DNA of 64,000 nucleotides from Polyangia bacterium (GTDB taxonomy: Bacteria > Myxococcota_A > Polyangia > JAAYKL01). Location of the stretch: contig JBNKCR010000098.1 in assembly GCA_050287845.1 (NCBI GenBank), positions 32,001-96,000 of the forward strand. Reading direction: 5' to 3'. This document shows, one piece after another, positions 1-10,800 of this stretch; within the stretch, counting starts at the first letter, position 1; every line of letters starts with the position of its first letter. A program made the position numbers and the translations under genes. The notes beneath the pieces are model-generated. The model was given only the letters and a program-made list of their open reading frames with translations, was not told where the DNA came from and searched no databases.

Positions 1-554
1 ATGCGGAGCCTTCTATTGAAGATGAAAAAGAAAAAGAGTGGGTGTGTGACGCGTTGATTGAGATTGGTGAGAAAGCACTGCCCCGTATTCGACGTGCCCT
101 GCGCTCCGCGGAGTCGGTGAACTGGGTACAGCGGGTTCTTCGCAATATTGTGGAGGAGGCGGAATATAAACAGGAGCTGCTGGATGTGTTGGACGAATTT
201 GACACGGAGTACGAAAGAAATCCGGATCGGAAAATCCAGACAGTCATGGCGCTTTCCGAGTTGCAGGGCGAAGATGTGGCAGAAAAACTCGTTCGGTTTC
301 TGGAAGATGTGAACGAAACCGTCCGATATCAGACGGTTGTTGCGCTGGCCCGGCTGGAATGTGAGTTGGCCAGAGAACCACTTTTACAGGTGATGTGTAA
401 CGATGAAAGCATCCGGGTGCGAAACGAAGTCGTGGATGTTTTCTGCACACTTGAGTGGAGTGCATCCGGCGCCAAAAAGCAGGTGGCCGCAATTTTACCT
501 TCCGGATACAAGCTGGACAAATCCGGCAAAATTACACAGCTTGGAAAAGCCTGA
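1..554 (+). CDS. HEAT-repeat protein, 5'-truncated by window edge
   Basis: Frame is open from nt 3. HEAT-like repeats (LVRFLEDVNETVRYQTVVALA; LLQVMCNDESIRVRNEVV). Confidence 0.75.
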   Translation, partial: AEPSIEDEKEKEWVCDALIEIGEKALPRIRRALRSAESVNWVQRVLRNIVEEAEYKQELLDVLDEFDTEYERNPDRKIQTVMALSELQGEDVAEKLVRFLEDVNETVRYQTVVALARLECELAREPLLQVMCNDESIRVRNEVVDVFCTLEWSASGAKKQVAAILPSGYKLDKSGKITQLGKA

Positions 555-629
555 AATCCTTCCTGATATAAAAATCGCATTCTGAATAAATAAAAGTGAT
601 GTCACCGTTTTTAATGTGAATGAAAAGGG

Positions 630-658
630 TTTACATCTGACGATGTATTCTCTACTAT
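630..658 (+). promoter_or_regulatory. Putative sigma70 promoter for the TPR gene
   Basis: TTTACA-17 nt-TACTAT in an AT-rich intergenic region; AGGAG RBS before ATG 713. Confidence 0.5.
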
Positions 659-712
659 TCCTGTCTGATTAAATTTGGAAATCTATACAAATGTAGAGAT
701 AGGAGTAAATCT

Positions 713-1588
713 ATGAGCAAAAAGCTGATTTTAGCAATTTGTGCGCTGGCAACTATGTTGTCCGGTTCGAAGTGCAGTAGGGAACATGTTCATTCTGTGG
801 AAATGATGAATAGCTGCGTTGAGTTTCATAGACGCAAACTGTTTCCGCAAGCCATTCGGGATTGCAGCAAGGCAGTAAGTCTTGATCCTGAAAATGAGAA
901 GGCATTTCACAATCTTGCAATTGTATATATTGAAACCAAAAATTATGAGCAGGCTGCAAAGAATTTGCAGCAGGCCATCAGTCTCTCCGGCAATATTCCA
1001 ATTTACCATTATCAGCTGGGCGAGGTGTATCAGTGGATGCAGCAGTGGGAACGCGCTGCGGAAGCGTTTAAAAAAGCCATTGAGCTCGATGACAATCTCT
1101 ACAAAGCGCATTATCGACTGGGCGTAGTGTACCAGGCAATGGATGATCCCCAGGACGCACTGCAGAAATACACGGATTCACTGATGAAAAACGGCAAGTT
1201 TTTCGATGCTTATCGCGAATTGGGCAGTTTATATCTGGATTATGATTTCATCCCGCAAGCGGAGCAGGTATTGCAGGAAGGCATCAAGGCATTGGTTGGC
1301 CGAGGGGATGAACTGGCAGTGCTCCATTCAAGACTCGGTGCCGTTTATTCCGAGAAAAAACAGTATGAAGAAGCCATTATTCAGTTCAGAAAAGCACTCG
1401 AGCTGAAGCCCAATATGGTGGATGCCATGTTCAGCCTGGGATGGAACTATTCTTATGTGAATAAGGAAAATGCGAAAATCTGGCTGCAGAAATTCGTGGA
1501 GTCCGCCAATAAAGACACGCCATCCGATTATATTTCCGCTGCGCAATCTCGCTTGACAGAAATCGAAGTTGGTTCACCTATTCAGTAG
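713..1588 (+). CDS. Exported TPR-repeat protein (possible lipoprotein)
   Basis: N-terminal hydrophobic signal ending near a Cys. Several canonical TPRs (AFHNLAIVY, YHYQLGEVY, AHYRLGVVY, AMFSLG). Confidence 0.8.
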   Translation: MSKKLILAICALATMLSGSKCSREHVHSVEMMNSCVEFHRRKLFPQAIRDCSKAVSLDPENEKAFHNLAIVYIETKNYEQAAKNLQQAISLSGNIPIYHYQLGEVYQWMQQWERAAEAFKKAIELDDNLYKAHYRLGVVYQAMDDPQDALQKYTDSLMKNGKFFDAYRELGSLYLDYDFIPQAEQVLQEGIKALVGRGDELAVLHSRLGAVYSEKKQYEEAIIQFRKALELKPNMVDAMFSLGWNYSYVNKENAKIWLQKFVESANKDTPSDYISAAQSRLTEIEVGSPIQ

Positions 1589-1767
1589 TGAAAGTATGTC
1601 TGAAAAAGCGCTGAGCGATTCGGGGAGGATTCGGAGCGGGTGCAGATGACAAATAATTGGGGCCAGAGGAAATGGCATTCCACTCCAGTGGAACAGGTCT
1701 TTTCGGGGGATACAGCATGTGTAAAACCTCAACATGACATTGCATGCGATCGTGTGCTCGAACATCT

Positions 1768-1797
1768 TTTACATATTTCAGCGAATTCTTTTATAAA
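1768..1797 (+). promoter_or_regulatory. Putative sigma70 promoter for the giant TPR gene
   Basis: TTTACA-18 nt-TATAAA, then GAGGAG RBS before ATG 1844. Confidence 0.4.
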
Positions 1798-1843
1798 ACA
1801 GCCGCAATACGAGGTTGCTTAAAAATACTTCGAGGAGTGCAAA

Positions 1844-4800
1844 ATGACGAACAATTCCGGTACGGAAAACAATACCCAGGTAGATGTAACTGAAGAAGAG
1901 ATGGAACAGCTTGAAGACGTTTCTGAGGCCGGTCAGGTGGATTATTCGGAACTTGATAACATCGAAGCAAGCAGGGAAGTGTCATCTGAGCTGCAAGCAG
2001 CGATATCTGCAGCGTCCGCCGCAGAAGAAGAAGGTGTGGAACAGGGGATTAAAGCCTGGCAAACAGAAGCCTGGAACGCGGATCCGGGACATCCACTCGT
2101 ACTGGAAGCTCTGGAGCGTCTGTATACCGAGAATGGAAAGTGGAGCAGTCTGGCAGATTTTCTCAAACGCATGGGGCGTAAAGTGGAAAATCGTTTAAAA
2201 TTTGTCAGTACCCATATGCTGCTGGCCCGCATATATGACGAGCAGCTGAATCAGGACGCCATGGTGGTGACCACCTATCAGGGAATTCTGAAAAAGGTAC
2301 CCGGATATTTGCCGGTATTGGACGCTGCCATCGAGAAATATGAATCCATGGAGCGTTGGCCCGATCTCGTCAAACTGCTGAAGGTAAAAGGGGATTCTGT
2401 TGTTGAACGGGAGGAGCAGGTCGAGATTTGGCTTCGCGTTGCCAATCTGTTCATGAATCAGTTTTCAAATCAGGCCGAAGCAATCAAGGCATTCGAAAAA
2501 GTGCTTGAAGCGGATTCCGAACACCCGGAAGCCATCGATTTTCTCAAGGAAATGTATGAGAAGCGCCGGGACTGGAAAAAACTCATCGACATGATGGAGC
2601 TTCAGGCTGCCTCGCTGGATGATGGATCGGAGAAAGCGGATGCTCTGGTTGAAATTGCACGTCTGGCTGCGGAGCGGTTGAAAAAACCGGAAATCTGTAT
2701 TGCGCGTTGGGAAGCGGTGTTGGAGCAGGATCCGGAAAACAGCGAAGCATTGAATGATTTGGCGAATTTTTACGAGCGCGCCCGCGAATGGGAAAAGTTG
2801 GCGGATGTGCTCGAATCGAAGGTTCTTCTTACCGCTGACAGTGCGGAGCAGAAAGATATTTATCAGAAACTGAGCGTTGTTTATGGCGACAAAGTCAACG
2901 ATGACGCCAAGGCGATTGATGTGCTCAAATCGTTGCTGGAAATCGATCCGGAAGATAGACGGGCACAGGAACAGTTGAAAAAAAGATATCTCGCACTTCA
3001 GGCGTGGGAAGATTTGGAGATGTTCTATGCGGAGACAGACAAATGGGATGAGTTTATCCGCGTACTGGAACGGGAAGCGGGGCGCGAAGAACTCGAGGTG
3101 GAAGCCAAGGTTGGGCTGTATTTTAAAATTGCAGAGTTGCAGCGTAAAAAGAAAGAGCGGGTAGACAAGGCAGCTGCCGCTTACGAAGAAATTTTAAAAC
3201 TGGATTCGTCGAATCTGACGGCGGCTGAGGCATTGATTCCAATTTATGAAGAGGCGGGGAATCAGCCGGATCGATTGGCAGCGGTTCTCGAGGTTGAACT
3301 GTCTCATCTCGCGGATCCGGAGGATGCACAGGCGTTGCTTCAAAGAATTTCTCACCTGTATGAAGATGAAGTTGGCGACGCCGACAAGGCCTTTGCAGGG
3401 TTCTTACAGGCATTCAAAGATCAGCCCACGGACGAAACCTGTCAGGAAGATTTGGAAAGGACCGCCGGGAAGGCCGGACGTTGGGAAGATGTGCTGGCGG
3501 TATATGAAAAGGCGTACAAAAAAGCGACGGGCGATTCCAGGATTGACCTGCGCATTCGGATGGCTCGTGTGATGAATGAAGAGCTGGGACGATCTGAAGA
3601 AGCGTTGAAGCATTTCGATGCGATATTGGAAGAGGATCCCAAAAACGCCAAAGCGGTGTATGCGCTGGAGAGAATCTTCGCCCAGATGGGTCGCTTCGAG
3701 GAATTGCTCGAAATCTACGCCAGGCGGATCGAAATGGCGGAGGATGATGAAGAACGCAAGGAGATTTTTTACAACCAGGCGTTGCTTTGGGAGGAAGAAA
3801 TCGAGGACACGGGAAAGGCCATTGATGTTTACATTAAGATCATTGATATGGCCGGCGATGAGCTGCGTTCGCTGGCAGCGCTGGACCGCCTGTACGCGAG
3901 AGACGAAAATTGGGAAAAGGTCGCAGAGACGATAGAGCGCGAACTCGCGATAGGACTGGACCAGGTTGAAGATGAGATTGAATTGAAGTATCGGTTGGGA
4001 ATGGTCTCCTCGGGGCATCTGAACGACTCAACCAGAGCGCTGGAATGTTTCCGTGAGGTGCTTCAGGTGAATCCGGAACACGAAAACGCCATTACAGCGT
4101 TGGAAGCGATGCTGGGTGATACTGAATACCAGGGGGATGCCGCGGAGATTCTTGCACCACTGTACGAGGGAAATGCCCAATGGGAGCAGTTGGTGAAGGC
4201 AACCGAGATTCTGGTGGCTACCTCCGATGATGCCGGTGAGAAATACGATTTGCTGATGAAAATCGGTGGCATCTGCGGACAACAGCTGGAATCGTCTGAA
4301 ATGGCATTCGACGCGTATAGTCGGGCGTTTGCCGTCAATCCGGATTATCCGGATGCGTTGGAGCAGATGGAAGCCATTGCCGCGATGGTGGACAACTGGC
4401 AAGCCGTGGTGGAAATTATTGCGTCCGGTGCCAATACCACAGAGGATGCGGAGAACCGGAAGGTGCTCTGGCTGAAAGCAGCTCAAATTTATGACACGCA
4501 GCTGGATTCAAGTGAATCCGCAGTCAATGCATATCGCAATACACTGAAAGCCGAGCCCCAGTGCGGCGAGGCTATCGAAGCACTGGAAAATATATACAGC
4601 CGCGAAGAGAAGTGGAACGACCTGGTGGAAGTACTTGCCATCAAAGTGGATGCGATATCCGATGCGACAGAAAAACTGAATATTTACCGTTCAATGGCGC
4701 GGATTTATGAGGAAATGTTGGAGAATCCCGAATTCTCGGTTCGGTGCATGTTGGAAATTCTCAATATCGACAGTGCCAACATGGATGCATTGCAGACCCT

Positions 4801-7800
4801 TGATCGTCTCTTCGTCGTATTGGAAAAATGGACCGACCTTGCAGACAATCTGCAACAGCAGCTGGGCCTTGAGGCCCAGCCGGATCGCATCATTGAGCTG
4901 AAGCTGCGACTCGCGGCGCTGCGGGAGAATCAGCTGGACGAAATTTCTGCTGCCGTTGATATTTATCGGGAAGTGCTCGAGATGGATCCGCTGTGTGACG
5001 CAGCGATTGAAGCCCTTGAGCGCATTCTGGACAATCCTGAATTCAAGTCGGATGTTGCCGAAATTCTCGAACCCCTTTATCGCGATAGAGGCGATTGGCA
5101 GAAACTCGTAGCTGCGATTGAAATTATGATTGAAGCGGAGGAGACTGTTGGTAGACGGGTGGAATTGCTTCACGAGATTTCAAATTTATATGAGAATGTC
5201 GGCGATGATCCGGATAAGGCTTTCGAGACATTGGGACGTGCTTTGCAGGAAGATCCGGAGCTCACTCAAACCCAGGATGAGTTGGAGCGGATGGCGCGCT
5301 TCCTGGATGCCTATGACAAACTCGCCGAGATGTACGCTGCTCAGGTTGATGTTCTGGAAGATCCGGACGTGAAAGCCGCATATCATCTGAAAATTGCGGG
5401 CATATTTGAAGACCAGTTGCAGGATGTGGAGCGCGCGGTTTCCCATTACAGAGAAGTGCTGGCGCTTGATCCCATGTATATCGAAGCGGCAACTGCCCTT
5501 GAGCGTGCGTATCAGTTGAACGAAGACTATGAATCTCTGGCCAACGTGTATCTGAAGAAAGCGGAAATGGTTGACGATGTCTTTGAACAGAAGGAGCTTC
5601 TGTTTAAAGCGTCTCAGATTTATGAGGAAGTGCTGGACAACGTTGACCTGGCGATTGATGTCTACCAGAGAATTCTCGAAATTGATTCTGATGAGTTACG
5701 TGCCATCAATCAGTTGGAGGGGTTGTTCCTGAGGTTGGAACGCTGGGACGATTTGCAGAGCATCTACAATCAGAAGGTAGATCTCGTTTCCATGCCTGAA
5801 GAGAAAAAGGAAGTGCTCTATGTTCTGGGCGCTGTATACGAGAATGAACTGAAGGATGCGGCTCGCGCAATCACAACCTATCAGCGGATTCTGGAGTTTG
5901 ATCCCGATGATTTCCAGTCCATATCGCGATTGGATATGCTGTACTCGAACGCCGAAGAGTGGGAAGAGTTGCTTTCCATTCTGGAGCGTGAGGTTGAACT
6001 GGTCGACGACCCCGATGAAGCGGTATCTTTCAAGTACCGCATTGCTGAGTTATATGTTCGACAGTTGGACGATGTGTCCCGCGCGATTGACTACCTCAAG
6101 GATATTCTGACAATTTCTCCGGATCACGATCCAGCGACTGCATTGCTTGAAGAGCTTGTCCAGGGCGATGTCGAACCCATGTTGGCCGCAGATGTTCTGG
6201 AACCGCTGTATCAGGACCTGTCGGAATGGTGGAAGCTGATTGGGCTCATCGAAGTGCGTCTCAAACATACCGAAGATGAATGGCAACAGGTAGAGTTGCT
6301 GCACCGCGCGGCGGAGTTGCTTGAGAGTGACCTGCATCTGGATTCTCCTGCTGAAGCGTTCGAAATGTACGCCCGCGCACTCAGGGTGGAGCCGGCAAAC
6401 GAAACCACTCTGACCCAATTGGATTCACTTGCGCATACCACCGGAAAGTGGATGGACTTTGCAAAGATTCTGGACGAGCAGATAGCACATCTGGAAGAGG
6501 ACGATTCGAAGGTCCTGCTGGGGCTGAAGGTCGCGGCGATTTACGAACTGAAACTCGACAATGGCAAAGAGGCGATATCCCGGTATCAGCAGGTATTGTC
6601 CGTGGATGGGGAGAACCGCGAAGCGGTGATGAGCCTCGATAAATTGTATCAGATCGGGGAAAACTGGTCTGAGTTGGCTGCGATACTTCAAAAGGAAACC
6701 TTGTTGATGGATGACCCGCTGGACGGTCTTGATGTTCAGTTCCGATTGGGCCAGATCTATCAGCAGGAGCTGGAAGAGGTTGAAAAGGCAGTTGGGGTAT
6801 ACCGGGAAATCCTCTCTGCGGAGCCGGGATATGATGCTGCGATTTCTGCACTGGAGTTTCTTTTCACCGAAGGACATATGCGTGGGGAAATCGTTGATAT
6901 TCTGGAGCCATTGCTGCAGATGCAGGGGGAGTGGTCAAAACTTGTTTCCCTGTATGAACGGCAACTGGATGTGATTGAAGAGCTGGAAGACCGCGTTTCC
7001 ATGTACCACCGCATCGCTGAAACGGTCGAAGAGAAATTGCTGGACACCGTGGAAGCATTCAACTGGTATTGTCGCGCATTTGCCGAAGATCCGTTTGATG
7101 AGAGATCGGCGATTGATGTGGAACGACTTGCTGCGGCAACGGAGTCATGGAGCGAGCTCGCTGACGTGTACGAAGAACTGTTCGGCAGATACGACGATGA
7201 ACAGGCAAAAAAACTGGTGGCGAAAAAGGCAGCCAGAGTCAGCGAAGAGGAATTACAGGATTCCGGAAGAGCAGAGCGGGCTTATCGGGCATGCCTTGAG
7301 CTTGGAGATGAAGACATCGACGTTCTCAGAGCGCTTGATCGGATATATTCCCAGAATATGGAATGGGAGAATCTGGTCTCCATTCTCGATAAGATTTCCA
7401 GGGTGGAGGATTCGATTGATGAGCAGGTTGCCTATATCTTCCGGCGGGCGGATGTGCTTGAAACGCAATTGGATGAAATTGAGAAAGCGCGTACCGCATT
7501 CCATCTCATCATTGACGACCTTGATGCGGGACATTCCGATTCGCTGGCCCGCCTGGAAACCATTTATGCCAATCTCGAAGATTGGGATTCTCTGTACAAA
7601 ATTTATGAGAAAATGAAGGATTGCGCCACCAACGAAGCCGATCAGGCGGATTTGTATGCAAAAATGGCAACTCTGGCCGCTGAGTGCCTCGATAATATCC
7701 CGCGCGCCATTGAGTTGTGGGAAGCTGTCCTTGATACTTTGGGTGAAGATACAAACGCCCTGGAATCCCTTGGTGATTTGTATGCCAGGCAGGAAAACTG

Positions 7801-10800
7801 GGACGAACTGGTTGAAGTGCTGGAGCGGGCGGTATCCATAGCAGATGACGATGACGCACGGGTTCGAATTTACAGTCAGCTGGGGATGGTGTGGGGCGAG
7901 TGTCTCGACAGAGACCGGACAGCACTGGAAAACTGGCAGAACGTTCTGTCCATTGAGCCTGACAACATCCGGGCGCTGCAGGCGATTGCCGGGATTTACG
8001 AGTCCAACAAGGAATGGGAAGATTTGATTGAATCCCTCGAGCGGGTCATTGAAATAGGGGTTACCGTTTTTGAAGCTGAAGAAATTAAAAGCTATTACGC
8101 GAAACTCGGAAAAATTCTTGCTGAAATTGTGGAACGCCCCTTCGATGCCATTGATGCATGGCGACGTTCCATGGATATTGATCCCTCTGATTTGAATACA
8201 CTGGAATCATTGGAAGCCCTGTACAAGCAGGAAGAGCAGTGGAGTGAGCTGGTAGATATTCTTGGCAGGAAAGCCGAACTGCTTGAAGGTGACGTACAGG
8301 TTGAAACACTGCTCGAGCAAGCTTCAATTATGGAAGATTCGCTGATGCAACCGCTCGCTGCCAAAGAACCCTATATGCGAATTCTCAGCGTAACGCCAAT
8401 GCATGATCGCGCATTTGAGCGAACCGCTGAAATTCTGACCGAAGAAGAAGCCTACGATGATTTGATTCAGTTGTATTCGGCGCGGCTTGAACAGACGGTT
8501 GATGCGGATGAACAGATTGTTCTGTTGCATAAAGCGGCGGTGATTTACGAAGAGAATCTGGATCAGGCGGAAAATGCATTCCTGGTGATGCAACGCGCCT
8601 TTGAAATCGATTACTCCAATGATGCCACAGGGGACCATCTCGAACGACTGGCTTCTGAAACCGGTAAATGGCAGGAGCTGCTGGGAGGGTGTAACCAGAT
8701 CCTTGCCGCGACCGGGGATACAAAGATCCAGATTGATTTGTGTTTGAAAATTGGCAAATGGTACTCCGCCATTGGAAATCCGGAGTATGCAATTCAGTAT
8801 TATCAACAGGTGCTGACGCTCGATGCGAACAACGTGCCGGCGTTGCGATTGATGGGCGAATTGTATCGCGGTGCCAAACAGTGGAATGAGCTGGTCGAGG
8901 TATTGAGGAAGGCGGTCAGCTGTGAGGATAATCCGGATAAGAAGAAGATTATTCTTGTTGATCTGGGCGAAATCTATCTCGAGTACATGAAAGATATGCC
9001 TGATGCCCGACGCGTCTACAAGGAGGCTCTGGAAATAGATCCGGCACTTGAACCAGCGTTGCTGGCTCTGGAGCGTCTCTTCAAATCAACGGAAAACTGG
9101 GAAGAGCTGATTCCGATTCTACGCCGGAAAATTAGTGTTCTTGATGAAACCGAAACCGAATCCATTATCAGAACCCGTCAGCGTATCGCCGAGATTTACG
9201 AGGAGAATCTGAACGAGTTGACCAGAGCGACAGAGGAGTATCGTGCCAACCTCGACATTGATTCCGGGCATATTCCATCGTTGAAGGGGCTGGAAAGACT
9301 CTACGAAAAACGTGAACTCTGGCAGGACCTGGTAGATGTTCTCGAAATTCAGTTGGATTACGCAGTTACTGAAGGCGAGCGAATTGAGCTGCTTCTGCGC
9401 CTTGCTGAAATGCTCGAAAAGGAGTTCAGAAAGCCGGAAAAAGCCATCGAACGCCTGGAAGAAGTGGTCAATATCGACCCGACCGAGATTCGAGCACTCA
9501 AAGCGTTGGAACGATTGTATCGAATCGTTCAGAAATGGGATGAGTTGGTTGATATTCTCGAAAAACAGGTTGATGTGACGCATGAGCGGGTCGACCGGGT
9601 TCCAATCTTTGAGAGCATGGGGAAGGTGTTTTCGCACGAGTTGAAGGATATCGACCGCGCCATGGACGCGTACACTCAAATCCTCGACATCGATCCCGAA
9701 AACATCGATGCGTTGGATAATCTGGCAAAGATACAGGTGAAGGCGGAGGATTGGGTTTCTGCCCATGATACTTTAAATCGCCTGGCCAATACGGTTGAGG
9801 ATGAAGCACGTCAGGTGGATCTGTATTTCCGATTGGGAGAACTCAATGAGGCCCAGTTGATGGACAGAGGGGCCGCAGTGGAGCATTTCCACTCCGCTCT
9901 CGATATTGATCCCGGTCACCTGGAAACCCTTGCCGCACTGTGCGCCATTCATATCGACGAAGGCGAATGGCTGGCGGCCTGTGAAACGCTGGAAGCGCAG
10001 CAGGAGCATACAGAGAACCGACGACAGAAATCACGGTTGCAATATCAGTTGGGTGAATTGTATCGCGACAAGCTCAACGATGATGAATCCGGTATCGCCT
10101 GGTTCGAAAAGGCGTTGGAGTCAAACGCTGACAATCAGGATGCCGCAGAACCCCTTGTCGATGTCTATATTGAAGCGGGACGATACGATGACGCAGAGCG
10201 ACTCCTTGATATGCTGGTACGGCTTGGGAGTAAACGTCCCGCCGAAGAAATGCAACCACTGCAAACCAAACTGGGACGCGTTGCGGATAAACTGGGGAAT
10301 CTGGACAAGGCTCTGAAAGCGTATCAGGTCGCATACGATTTTGATACTCAGAACCTGTCGGCATTGCTGAATCTGGCTGATTGCCTCTACCGCAGTGAGC
10401 AGTGGGACAAAGCGTTCAAGCTGTATCAGATGGTCCTGGTGCATCATCGGGATGATCGGAGCAAAGACGAGATCGTCGATATTTTCTATCGTCTCGGAAA
10501 CATCAAGGCGCAGGTGAAAGAAAGACGCAAGGCGTTGAATATGTTTGACAAAGCGCTTGAAATCGACAGCGGCCACGTTCCCACGCTTGAAGCTGTAATC
10601 CAACTTCAGGAGGAGCAGAAGAACTTCGAGCAGGTTATCCATTTCAAAAAAATTCTGATTGATTCGGTGGATAGTCCCGAAAAACAGTTCAGTCTTTATG
10701 AAGAAGTGGGGGATATATGGCAAAGCAAATTGAAAAATCCTCAGAAGGCAATTTCCGCCTATGAGGAGGCCTGCCACATTGATCCCGACAATCGGCCCAT